NCBI RefSeq assembly: GCF_029227855.1
Contig: NZ_CP074356.1
Origin: Escherichia coli
GTDB lineage: Bacteria > Pseudomonadota > Gammaproteobacteria > Enterobacterales > Enterobacteriaceae
Length of the DNA stretch: 64,000 bases
Direction: 5' to 3' (one strand)
Shown here: positions 53,416-63,021 of the stretch, in pieces
How the letters are laid out: each line of letters opens with the position of its first letter
How positions within the stretch are numbered: position 1 is the first letter of the stretch
Position numbers and translations under genes: made by a program
Notes under the pieces: generated by a model
What the model was told of the DNA's origin: nothing
The model's database searches: none
What the model saw: only the letters and a program-made list of their open reading frames with translations

Positions 53416-55512
53416 TTAGCGGAAATTGACGCTACGGTCGCTGGTCATGTCATACAACTGGAACTTACGCCCAAGTTGCTGACCACCGTCACGCGTCAGC
53501 GGCGTCCAGCCAATCGCCGCACGGCTGCGTGTCGGGCCAGACGAGAAGAGATCCAACGGTACCGAGACATACACGCCTTTGGTGAAGTCCCCTTCGCCGT
53601 ACTCCTCTTTCGAAACGTTGGTGATCGTGGCATAGCCGCCAACCACCACGCCGCTATCAAAGCGTTTGGCGATCTCCAGCGTGCCGCCTTTATCCCCTGC
53701 CAGATACTGCCCGACGCTGGCTTTCACCAACACGTCCTGGGCGAAAGATGGCGTCCAGTAGGCGGTCAGATGTCCGGTTTTCACGCTGTAGTCGGTGAAT
53801 TTCATCATATCTTTTGCACTACGCCAGTCGCGCTGTTTAACGTAGTTGGCATCCAGACCAAACGCCCAGTTACTGTCCAGCGGACGATACAACACTTCGG
53901 CCCCCGCACCGCCAAACATGGTTTCGAGATAACCTCCATAGACCTGACCGTAGAAGCCGTTGCCCAGATGCTGGAAGTAGTTGGCTTGCAGGTTATTCAC
54001 ATAGACATCGTTCTGCACATACTCGCGCACATGGGTACGAACGCGCGGTAAGTGCGAGTCCTGCGGCGGATTGGTGTAGTTAAACTTGTCGTAGTTGTTG
54101 GCAAGATTTGCAAACAGGCTGCCGGTGGTCAGCAGATGGTCCGTCAGCCACAAATCTGCCGTTCCCATCACGCCCAGCTGATACATGTAAAAGTTTTCCG
54201 GGCCACCGACCGACTGGTTCAGCACCGGATCGATGTGGAAATCAAAGCGTGATTTGTCGATATACCAGCCCTGCTCGGTGGACTGCGGAACCACTGGCTC
54301 GACGCGTTTTTGCGCCAGCTTCGTTTCGTGGCCCAACGGCTCTCCGGCGAGATGATTTTTCAGGCTGGCGACATCGGTTTCCGTCGTCACCTGCGGCATG
54401 TTAAAACGATTTTCCGTAATGCGGATCGTTTTGATCCCATCCGGCAGATCGTTCATCACGATCCGATTAGCACGGATGATCCCTTCGCGCGAATCACGAT
54501 ATTTCACCTGCTCGCCGGTGACATACAGCGTATCGCCTTTCGCCTGGATCTGCGGATCGGCAAGTCCGGCATTGTATTTCAACAGCGTTAACTGATTCGC
54601 CACCACCGAATGCTGCAAAATGGCATCCTGCGGCTGCGGTTGATATTGCGGGCGGGCGTTATCGTTGTAAGACGGGCGCAGATCGTTAAAGTTGGTGCGC
54701 AGCGTGACGCCAAACATAAAGGTGTTGCCACGTTCATAGCTAAGGTTAACGTCGGCCCAATCGGTAACGCGATAAATCGCACCGACGTTAAACTTACTTT
54801 TTTGCTCCAGCTTCCCGGCAAAATCCTGCTGATAATTATTGCCTTCATACTCCAGTTTCAGGCGCAGCGGTTGCCAGGGCGTCTGGTATTCCACGCCGCC
54901 AAACAGTGAGGCAGGACCGTGGAACATCTGGCTACCGTCGATAGATCCCGCCTGTTTGTAGCTGTTATCGCGATAGCAATATTTATCACTGGCTGAACAG
55001 AGCGGATTTTTTACATTACCGCTGGTGCCCAGATATCCCCAGCCCAGGCCGAGCGTAAAATCGAACGGCCCCCAGGCTTTGCTGGCAACAAGATATTCCG
55101 CATCAAACAGCCCCGTACCGCCGATATCCCGCGCACCAACCGCCACTTGCGGCAGCCAGTAACTCTCTTCCCACAAACGCAGTTTGAGATCGAAGGCTTT
55201 ATCTTTATACGTTTGATCGCCAGAGAACGCTTCGACGCTGCTGTACTGCCGGGTGCGCACGTCGGTGTAGCGCAGCGTTGTTTCCAGCCACGGGAAGAGT
55301 TGCACTGAAGCTGAGTAATAACGGTACTGATCGTTATCGCGATAGTTCAGACTCAACTCCCCTTCCCGTGCCATACGCGCGGTGGGAGTTTGTAATAATC
55401 CTACGCCACCGAAATCCGACTGCGACGGACCAATGGGCGCAGGATATGTTTCGCCGTAGCAAGCTGTGCTAATGCCCAGCGCCAGTAAGCTAAGCAGATG
55501 TCTTTTTTTCAT
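53416..55512 (-). CDS. yjbH: YjbH, outer-membrane beta-barrel-like protein of the yjbEFGH exopolysaccharide operon
   Basis: 698 aa with signal peptide; ATG overlaps yjbG stop by 1 nt. Confidence 0.9.
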   Translation of the reverse strand: MKKRHLLSLLALGISTACYGETYPAPIGPSQSDFGGVGLLQTPTARMAREGELSLNYRDNDQYRYYSASVQLFPWLETTLRYTDVRTRQYSSVEAFSGDQTYKDKAFDLKLRLWEESYWLPQVAVGARDIGGTGLFDAEYLVASKAWGPFDFTLGLGWGYLGTSGNVKNPLCSASDKYCYRDNSYKQAGSIDGSQMFHGPASLFGGVEYQTPWQPLRLKLEYEGNNYQQDFAGKLEQKSKFNVGAIYRVTDWADVNLSYERGNTFMFGVTLRTNFNDLRPSYNDNARPQYQPQPQDAILQHSVVANQLTLLKYNAGLADPQIQAKGDTLYVTGEQVKYRDSREGIIRANRIVMNDLPDGIKTIRITENRFNMPQVTTETDVASLKNHLAGEPLGHETKLAQKRVEPVVPQSTEQGWYIDKSRFDFHIDPVLNQSVGGPENFYMYQLGVMGTADLWLTDHLLTTGSLFANLANNYDKFNYTNPPQDSHLPRVRTHVREYVQNDVYVNNLQANYFQHLGNGFYGQVYGGYLETMFGGAGAEVLYRPLDSNWAFGLDANYVKQRDWRSAKDMMKFTDYSVKTGHLTAYWTPSFAQDVLVKASVGQYLAGDKGGTLEIAKRFDSGVVVGGYATITNVSKEEYGEGDFTKGVYVSVPLDLFSSGPTRSRAAIGWTPLTRDGGQQLGRKFQLYDMTSDRSVNFR

Positions 55513-56249
55513 TATTGAGGTATCCGCTGCGTCAGAGTCTGAAGAATGTCGGCGTTAAGGGCATCAGGCGTCTCACTCCAGACGGAGTCCGCGAGGCCAA
55601 CATAAATAATGCTGCCGGGCATCGGCTCTACGTGACGCTTGTTCCAGTAAGCCACCGGCGCTTTTTGCGTGCGTCCGTCCGGGTAAACCACCCACGCGTA
55701 GCTGCGATCCGCACCGCTAAGCAGGTTCTGCCCGGAGAGATAGCTCGCCACGTCGCGACCTGGAGTGAATGGCTGATTGCCAGGACGGCTGATAAGCCCG
55801 AACAGCGTGACCGTGGACGGTGGTGGCCCGACCCACAGCGTGTAGTTGCCCTGCAACGGTGGGTTACCGCGTTCGGCAACGCGCACAATATCAGGATCAA
55901 GATTGATTTTTTGCCTGCCCGTCACTTTCAACGCCTGAATTTGCTGGCGTAAGGCGTTAATGGCGGCGGCATCGTCGGCGCTGGAATCTGCAGCCTGTTC
56001 AGCCAGCCGTGTCAGCAACGCCTGCTGCTGACGCAATGCTGCCGCCGTTGCCAGCTCTTCGCTAATCACCGCACCGGGCCACCAGCTGTTTGCCAGCCGC
56101 GGTTGGCCTACCAGATCGATTAAATGCTCTGCACCCGTCAGCGTTTTGGCCTCACTGCTGCCATTGCTGAACACCTTGACGGTTCCTGCCGCGAAGACCG
56201 ATGACGCTCCCACACTCAAAAGCAACGCGACAATAGTTTGTTTAATCAT
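55512..56249 (-). CDS. yjbG: YjbG (CsgG-like periplasmic protein family)
   Basis: 245 aa with signal peptide; ATGA overlap with yjbF. Confidence 0.88.
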   Translation of the reverse strand: MIKQTIVALLLSVGASSVFAAGTVKVFSNGSSEAKTLTGAEHLIDLVGQPRLANSWWPGAVISEELATAAALRQQQALLTRLAEQAADSSADDAAAINALRQQIQALKVTGRQKINLDPDIVRVAERGNPPLQGNYTLWVGPPPSTVTLFGLISRPGNQPFTPGRDVASYLSGQNLLSGADRSYAWVVYPDGRTQKAPVAYWNKRHVEPMPGSIIYVGLADSVWSETPDALNADILQTLTQRIPQ

Positions 56250-56884
56250 TGTTTTGCCGCCTTGATGAGAGTGGTTTTCACCGGGAAATAATCCGCGCCG
56301 AGATACTGTTCCGACTGGCGAATTTGCCCTTCGCTGTCGATCCAGTAGCGGTTATGCCAGCGCGCCTGGTCGGTGGAGACTTCTTCGTCCAGCACGCGAA
56401 CCGGGGTTTCATCGCTGCCGACCTTGACGGTATCGGTGCCATCCCATTTGAAGACTGAGCGTGCGGTGGCGTAGCGTACCTGCTGGTACTCGGTCCAGCC
56501 CATCGTGCGCGTCCATGTTGCACCATCAACAATTTGTGCGGGTTTAATCAGCGGGTCGGCGGCAAGGTTATTCACTTCAATCAGGTTGTCGCCGCCAAGC
56601 AAAGTCTTCACCAGACGACCATGTTGTGTGACAAGAGTGGCTTGATCCTGAGTGACCCATTTTTGTTGTCCGTCTTCAGCGAAGGCCAGCACCACAAACA
56701 ATTGCGGCCCGCCATTAAGCTGCATGTACTGGCTGGCGTAGGGCATATTTTGAATATCATCGTCCGTCAGCTGTACGCCTGGCGTGCCGAACAGACTGTC
56801 CCACAGTGAATTGCCCAGCTCTTTAGTCGTGGCTGAACAGGCCTGTAATAGCAGGCAGATAAGAATGAGTGCAGGTCGCTTCAC
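56246..56884 (-). CDS. yjbF: YjbF lipoprotein
   Basis: 212 aa from GTG 56884 (VKRPALILICLLLQACSATT, lipobox LQAC); SD GGAGAAG; ORF track starts at an upstream GTG 56914. Confidence 0.85.
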   Translation of the reverse strand: MKRPALILICLLLQACSATTKELGNSLWDSLFGTPGVQLTDDDIQNMPYASQYMQLNGGPQLFVVLAFAEDGQQKWVTQDQATLVTQHGRLVKTLLGGDNLIEVNNLAADPLIKPAQIVDGATWTRTMGWTEYQQVRYATARSVFKWDGTDTVKVGSDETPVRVLDEEVSTDQARWHNRYWIDSEGQIRQSEQYLGADYFPVKTTLIKAAKQ

Positions 56885-56997
56885 GACTCTTCTCCAGAGG
56901 GGCAGAATAACCACACCGGAGTGTGGTTATGGTAAATCCCTTCATACTTCAAGCCACAGATGCAATGACTCAAATTATTTTGGGGATACATACTTTA

Positions 56998-57240
56998 TTA
57001 CTGGGTACTGGTGGTCGTGGTTGTGGTGGTCCCGGTATTAGAACCATCACCGCCACCGGTTGCCGCGAGCGCGACACCCACCGCCGAGCTTACGGTGCTG
57101 ACGCTGGTCGCGGAGGAACTCCCCGCCGAAACCGACGTTGCTGCCGACCCTGCCGCTTCGCCCACCTGTACAGGTGCAGCCCACGCAGAAGTCGCCGCAA
57201 GCGCAGATATGGCAAAAATGCCATACAGAACTTTTTTCAT
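56998..57240 (-). CDS. yjbE: YjbE, small secreted Ser/Thr/Ala/Gly-rich protein
   Basis: 80 aa, signal peptide, then low-complexity [18 protein letters not shown] ... [10 protein letters not shown]. Confidence 0.88.
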
Positions 57241-57547
57241 AACAATTTCCCTTCATTGAATGAATGGAGATTTACCCAAAAACATTTCGGGCGGGATCGA
57301 GTATACACAACTAAAGCATGCGAATTACGGCGCGGGGAATTAGAGATGGGGTTTTAGGATAATTGGAATGAATATCAAATATAAGCTACAACTTATATAT
57401 AAATAACATTAAAAATCATAATGTTAAAATAAAAGTAAAAGTAATTAATCTGAGTATTTTCCGAAATCAATCACGATTAAAAATCTATTTTAGGATTAAC
57501 CTCACGGTATGATTTCCGTTAAATCACAGACAAGGGGATTTATCTGA

Positions 57548-57579
57548 TAAAACAATGCCGACATAACGTCGGCATTGTT
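57548..57579 (-). terminator. Rho-independent terminator after pgi
   Basis: AACAATGCCGAC-loop-GTCGGCATTGTT hairpin with a T-run on the minus strand. Confidence 0.8.
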
Positions 57580-57594
57580 ATTAAGGTTTTTAAA

Positions 57595-59244
57595 TTAACC
57601 GCGCCACGCTTTATAGCGGTTAATCAGACCATTGGTCGAGCTATCGTGGCTGCTGATTTCTTTATCATCTTTCAGCTCTGGCAGAATACGGTTTGCCAGT
57701 TGTTTACCCAGCTCCACGCCCCACTGGTCGAAGGTGAAGATGTTCAGGATCACGCCCTGAGTAAAGATTTTGTGCTCATACAGCGCAATCAACGCCCCCA
57801 GGCTGAACGGAGTGATTTCGCGCAGCAGGATGGAGTTGGTCGGGCGGTTACCTTCGAACACTTTGAACGGCACCACGTAGTCAAGCGTTGCCGGATCTTT
57901 ACCCTGATCGCGATATTCCTGCTCAACCACTTCGCGGGATTTACCAAACGCCAGCGCTTCGGTCTGGGCGAAGAAGTTAGACAGCAGTTTCTGGTGGTGA
58001 TCAGAGAGCGGGTTATGGGTGATAGCCGGGGCGATGAAATCGCACGGTACCATTTTGGTTCCCTGGTGGATCAGCTGGTAGAACGCGTGCTGACCGTTAG
58101 TGCCTGGTTCACCCCAGATAATCGGGCCAGTCTGGTAATCCACAACGTTACCGTTACGGTCAACATACTTACCGTTGGACTCCATATTGCCCTGCTGGAA
58201 GTACGCCGCGAAACGGTGCATATACTGGTCATACGGCAGAATCGCTTCAGTTTCCGCACCAAAGAAATTGTTGTACCAGATGCCAATCAGCGCCAGCAGG
58301 ACAGGCAGGTTTTTCTCGGCAGGCGTGGTGGAGAAATGCTTGTCCATTGCGTGTGCGCCAGAAAGCAGTTCAACGAAGTTATCAAAGCCGATGGAGAGAA
58401 CAATCGACAGGCCAATCGCTGACCACAAAGAGTAACGGCCGCCGACCCAGTCCCAGAACTCGAACATGTTGGCAGTATCAATACCAAACTCGCCAACGGC
58501 TTTGGCATTGGTGGAAAGCGCCGCAAAGTGTTTTGCAACGTGTTTTTCATCACCTGCCGCTTTCAGGAACCAGTCACGCGCGCTATGGGCGTTGGTCATA
58601 GTTTCCTGAGTGGTGAAGGTTTTAGATGCTACCAGGAACAGCGTGGTTTCCGGGTTTACTTTTTTCAGCACTTCAGCGATGTGAGTCCCATCGACGTTAG
58701 AAACAAAGTGCATGTTCAGGTGATTTTTGTACGGACGCAGTGCTTCGGTCACCATGTACGGGCCGAGGTCAGAACCACCGATCCCGATGTTCACTACGTC
58801 AGTGATTGCTTTGCCGGTATAACCCTTCCACTCACCGGAGATAATCGCTTCCGAGAAGGTTTTCATCTTCTCCAGCACCGCGTTGACTTCCGGCATTACG
58901 TCTTTGCCATCAACCAGAATCGGGGTATTGCTACGGTTACGCAGCGCTACGTGCAGCACGGCGCGGTTTTCAGTGCGGTTGATCTTCTCGCCAGAGAACA
59001 TCGACTTAATCGCGCCCGCCAGATCGCACTCTTTCGCCAGATCCTGTAATTTCGCCAGCGTCTCTTCAGTGATGCGGTTTTTGGAGTAATCCACCAGCAT
59101 CTGATCGTCGAAGGTTGCGGAGAACTTAGAAAAACGATCGCCGTCTTTAGCAAAAAGATCGGCGATCGTAACGTCTTTCATTTCATCGAAGTGTTTCTGT
59201 AGTGCCTGCCAGGCAGCGGTCTGCGTTGGATTGATGTTTTTCAT
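57595..59244 (-). CDS. pgi: Glucose-6-phosphate isomerase
   Basis: 549 aa from ATG 59244 ([19 protein letters not shown] ...). Confidence 0.97.
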
Positions 59245-59427
59245 TAGCAATACTCTTCTGATTTTGAGAATTGTGACTTTGGAAGATTGTAGCGCCAGTC
59301 ACAGAAAAATGTGATGGTTTTAGTGCCGTTAGCGTAATGTTGAGTGTAAACCCTTAGCGCAGTGAAGCATTTATTAGCTGAACTACTGACCGCCAGGAGT
59401 GGATGAAAAATCCGCATGACCCCGTCG

Positions 59428-59760
59428 TTGACAACCGCCCCGCTCACCCTTTATTTATAAATGTACTACCTGCGCTAGCGCAGGCCAGAAGAGGCGCGTT
59501 GCCCAAGTAACGGTGTTGGAGGAGCCAGTCCTGTGATAACACCTGAGGGGGTGCATCGCCGAGGTGATTGAACGGCTGGCCACGTTCATCATCGGCTACA
59601 GGGGCTGAATCCCCTGGGTTGTCACCAGAAGCGTTCGCAGTCGGGCGTTTCGCAAGTGGTGGAGCACTTCTGGGTGAAAATAGTAGCGAAGTATCGCTCT
59701 GCGCCCACCCGTCTTCCGCTCTTCCCTTGTGCCAAGGCTGAAAATGGATCCCCTGACACG
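59428..59760 (+). promoter_or_regulatory. lysC promoter and 5-prime leader containing the lysine riboswitch (L box)
   Basis: -35 TTGACA at 59428-59433; long GC-rich structured leader with L-box-like elements (AGAGGCGC ..., GGAGG, CCGAGG, GGCTG ... ACCAGAAG) ending at the SD GAGGTAG before ATG 59769; aptamer boundaries approximate. Confidence 0.65.
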
Positions 59761-59768
59761 AGGTAGTT

Positions 59769-61118
59769 ATGTCTGAAATTGTTGTCTCCAAATTTGGCGG
59801 TACCAGCGTAGCTGATTTTGACGCCATGAACCGCAGCGCTGATATTGTGCTTTCTGATGCCAACGTGCGTTTAGTAGTCCTCTCGGCTTCTGCTGGTATC
59901 ACTAATCTGCTGGTCGCTTTAGCGGAAGGGCTGGAACCTGGCGAGCGATTCGAAAAACTCGACGCTATTCGCAACATCCAGTTTGCCATTCTGGAACGTC
60001 TGCGTTACCCGAACGTTATCCGTGAAGAGATTGAACGTCTGCTGGAGAACATTACTGTTCTGGCAGAAGCGGCGGCGCTGGCAACGTCTCCGGCGCTGAC
60101 AGATGAGCTGGTCAGCCACGGCGAGCTGATGTCGACCCTGCTGTTTGTCGAAATCCTGCGCGAACGCGATGTTCAGGCACAGTGGTTTGATGTACGTAAA
60201 GTGATGCGTACCAACGACCGATTTGGTCGTGCAGAGCCAGATGTAGCCGCGCTGGCGGAACTGGCCGCGCTGCAGCTGCTCCCACGCCTCAATGACGGCT
60301 TAGTGATCACCCAGGGATTTATCGGTAGCGAAAATAAAGGTCGTACAACGACGCTTGGCCGTGGAGGCAGCGATTATACGGCAGCCTTGCTGGCGGAGGC
60401 TTTACACGCATCTCGTGTTGATATCTGGACCGACGTCCCGGGCATCTACACCACCGATCCACGCGTAGTTTCCGCAGCAAAACGCATTGATGAAATCGCG
60501 TTTGCCGAAGCGGCAGAGATGGCAACTTTTGGTGCAAAAGTACTGCATCCGGCAACGTTGCTACCCGCAGTACGCAGCGATATCCCGGTCTTTGTCGGCT
60601 CCAGCAAAGACCCACGCGCAGGTGGTACGCTGGTGTGCAATAAAACTGAAAATCCGCCGCTGTTCCGCGCGCTGGCGCTTCGTCGCAATCAGACTCTGCT
60701 CACTTTGCACAGCCTGAATATGCTGCATTCTCGCGGCTTCCTCGCGGAAGTTTTCGGCATCCTCGCGCGGCATAATATTTCGGTAGACTTAATCACCACG
60801 TCAGAAGTGAGCGTGGCATTAACCCTTGATACCACCGGTTCAACCTCCACTGGCGATACGTTGCTGACGCAATCTCTGCTGATGGAGCTTTCCGCACTGT
60901 GCCGGGTGGAAGTAGAAGAAGGTCTGGCGCTGGTCGCGTTGATTGGCAATGACCTGTCAAAAGCCTGCGGCGTTGGCAAAGAGGTATTCGGCGTACTGGA
61001 ACCGTTCAACATTCGCATGATTTGTTACGGCGCATCCAGCCATAACCTGTGCTTCCTGGTGCCCGGCGAAGATGCCGAGCAGGTGGTGCAGAAGCTGCAT
61101 TTTAATTTGTTTGAGTAA
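59769..61118 (+). CDS. lysC: Aspartokinase III, lysine-sensitive
   Basis: 449 aa (MSEIVVSKFGGTSVADFDAMNRSADIVL ...). Confidence 0.97.
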   Translation: MSEIVVSKFGGTSVADFDAMNRSADIVLSDANVRLVVLSASAGITNLLVALAEGLEPGERFEKLDAIRNIQFAILERLRYPNVIREEIERLLENITVLAEAAALATSPALTDELVSHGELMSTLLFVEILRERDVQAQWFDVRKVMRTNDRFGRAEPDVAALAELAALQLLPRLNDGLVITQGFIGSENKGRTTTLGRGGSDYTAALLAEALHASRVDIWTDVPGIYTTDPRVVSAAKRIDEIAFAEAAEMATFGAKVLHPATLLPAVRSDIPVFVGSSKDPRAGGTLVCNKTENPPLFRALALRRNQTLLTLHSLNMLHSRGFLAEVFGILARHNISVDLITTSEVSVALTLDTTGSTSTGDTLLTQSLLMELSALCRVEVEEGLALVALIGNDLSKACGVGKEVFGVLEPFNIRMICYGASSHNLCFLVPGEDAEQVVQKLHFNLFE

Positions 61119-61262
61119 TATTTCCCTACTGGCGTATAACGCTCACCGATTGTTATACGCCATCCTCACTGAAAACATAGATTAAATAATATCTGAAAAG
61201 CAAAATCACTCCTGTAGAACAGTATTATAATCACCGAAAAATATCATTTAACAGGAGTGTTA

Positions 61263-62189
61263 ATGGCTACTTTAATGGAAAAAGATGCACTTTTAAACGG
61301 AGCCAGTCAGTGCATCGCGTTTTTATCAAATATCATTGATAATTGCTCAGTTTCGTCGCATCAGGATTCAGGCGATGCTCTCAAGCGATTAGTCAGCTAT
61401 CGCGATTATCTTTATTCTACCCCCGCTGAACTTGTTGATTTTACACAAGGTAAGATTCTCCTTCAGCAGGTAAGAACTCAATATCAGCATGAATTCAACA
61501 ATACTACGCATTCAGAAAATAAAGCATCTTTTGATTCTATTTGGCAGCGTCTGACAAATCATGAAGTCACACCGCAACAGCATCCCATTGGTTTTGTTTT
61601 AGGTGGGCAACCCGGAGCAGGTAAATCATCTCTGATTGAATTAGCCAAAAGAGAGACAAAAGATAATATAATGATTATTAACGGTGATGATTTTCGATTT
61701 CTACACCCTGATTTTAATTATATCTACCAAAATTATGGGGATGATTTTGTTACCCATACAGCGAAATTTTCCGGCGAAACGGTCGAACGTGCAATTGAGA
61801 GAGCGATAGTCAGTAAACTCAACATTGTTGTCGAAGGAACATTTCGTAATGCCGCGACGCCGTTACAAACATTAAAAAAACTCAAAGATGCAGGCTACCA
61901 AACAGAAGTCATGATAAAAACAACCTCAGCGGCATTAAGCTGGGAAAGCACCAATGAACGGTATAGTAAGGACAAAGAGGCGGGAAATATTGCCCGAAAA
62001 GTGGATAAAAACCACCATGATATCGTCACCGGTTTGCTGGCAGAAAATGCCCGCAAGGTGTTTGCTTCGAACCTGTCAGATAAGTTTGCGGTGTATTCGC
62101 GTGAGAAGATGATATTTAGTTCACAAGCGGCAACGAATGACGATATTGCAACACTTATACAGAATGAAATCAGCGGGAATACACAATAA
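61263..62189 (+). CDS. Zeta-toxin-family P-loop kinase with N-terminal extension (EzeT-like single-chain toxin-antitoxin candidate)
   Basis: 308 aa from ATG 61263 (SD AGGAG 61253-61257; ORF track starts at GTG 61257). Walker A GGQPGAGKSS around residue 115 and colinear blocks matching zeta/PezT (IMIINGDDFRFLHPDF, NIVVEGTFRN, ... HDIV ... YSRE); AT-rich. Confidence 0.75.
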   Translation: MATLMEKDALLNGASQCIAFLSNIIDNCSVSSHQDSGDALKRLVSYRDYLYSTPAELVDFTQGKILLQQVRTQYQHEFNNTTHSENKASFDSIWQRLTNHEVTPQQHPIGFVLGGQPGAGKSSLIELAKRETKDNIMIINGDDFRFLHPDFNYIYQNYGDDFVTHTAKFSGETVERAIERAIVSKLNIVVEGTFRNAATPLQTLKKLKDAGYQTEVMIKTTSAALSWESTNERYSKDKEAGNIARKVDKNHHDIVTGLLAENARKVFASNLSDKFAVYSREKMIFSSQAATNDDIATLIQNEISGNTQ

Positions 62190-62224
62190 TAATAAGAGCT
62201 GATGGCGTGAAATAACGCCGGGCT

Positions 62225-63016
62225 TTATGCCCGGCGCATTACCGTCTGGTACATTAAGCTATCCAGTTCCTTAACGTCCCCTTCTCTGCTATCCGGTAAC
62301 AGCGGTGGAATTTCCCCACGCGCCTGTTCCGCACGAATAAACGCATGTAACAATGGACGGCGCGGACCATATTCCGCTTCTCCTGCGCGCTGTTTACGTT
62401 CCAGTAATTCGTCTATTTCTGCACGTAACGGCGCATCAAGTTCGCTTCCCGCCAGTAACTCAGCAAAGCGCATTGGCGGCACGCCTTTTCCCGCTTCGAC
62501 CCAGCGCACGGCCAGCAGCGGACGCAGCACGTAAAAGTATTTTTTCAGTCGAACTTCATCGCCCTGCAAATATCCGCGGAAGTTTTTCTGCGCCATCGAA
62601 TAGTAATGCCAGCGCGCACGCAGCGGAGAAAACCACATTGGGACCATTGCCTTAAGCGCCGTTATCGTTTCTTCATCTTGTTGATAGACCACCGGAGAAT
62701 CCAGCCATTCTATCAGCGTCGGGTTCGCGCCTTTCAATAATCCCAGCGCCTTACGCCACTCCCAACCGGAAACATCTAACTCGTCGTCGATGGGCAGCTC
62801 GATAACATCGCGCGGCGGCTCCACCCGCAGATACCATTCCAGCGGGTGAACATACAAAAACCGTACATCGTAGTCGCTGTCGGGCGAGGCAAACCCCCAG
62901 CCGCGGCTCCCGGATTCACAGGCATACAGCACTTTCACGCCGTAGCGCCGTTCTATTTCTTTTAACTGCTGCGATACCCGTTCGCGCATCGCAGCACTGA
63001 CTCCATTTAATGGCAT
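62225..63016 (-). CDS. Polymerase-beta-superfamily nucleotidyltransferase, family not assigned
   Basis: 263 aa from ATG 63016 (ORF track starts at GTG 63025); motif ESGSRGWGFASPDSDYDVRF (GS-x9-SD-x-D); SD AAAGGGTGAG contains the stop of the upstream SPFH gene. Confidence 0.7.
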   Translation of the reverse strand: MPLNGVSAAMRERVSQQLKEIERRYGVKVLYACESGSRGWGFASPDSDYDVRFLYVHPLEWYLRVEPPRDVIELPIDDELDVSGWEWRKALGLLKGANPTLIEWLDSPVVYQQDEETITALKAMVPMWFSPLRARWHYYSMAQKNFRGYLQGDEVRLKKYFYVLRPLLAVRWVEAGKGVPPMRFAELLAGSELDAPLRAEIDELLERKQRAGEAEYGPRRPLLHAFIRAEQARGEIPPLLPDSREGDVKELDSLMYQTVMRRA

Positions 63017-63021
63017 GTTAC

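Noticed and set aside
61119-61262. Palindrome TGGCGTATAAC ... GTTATACGCCA after lysC considered as a terminator or separate antitoxin gene
   Set aside because: No T-run follows the stem and no ORF with RBS fits in the 145-bp spacer; left as an unassigned structured spacer.
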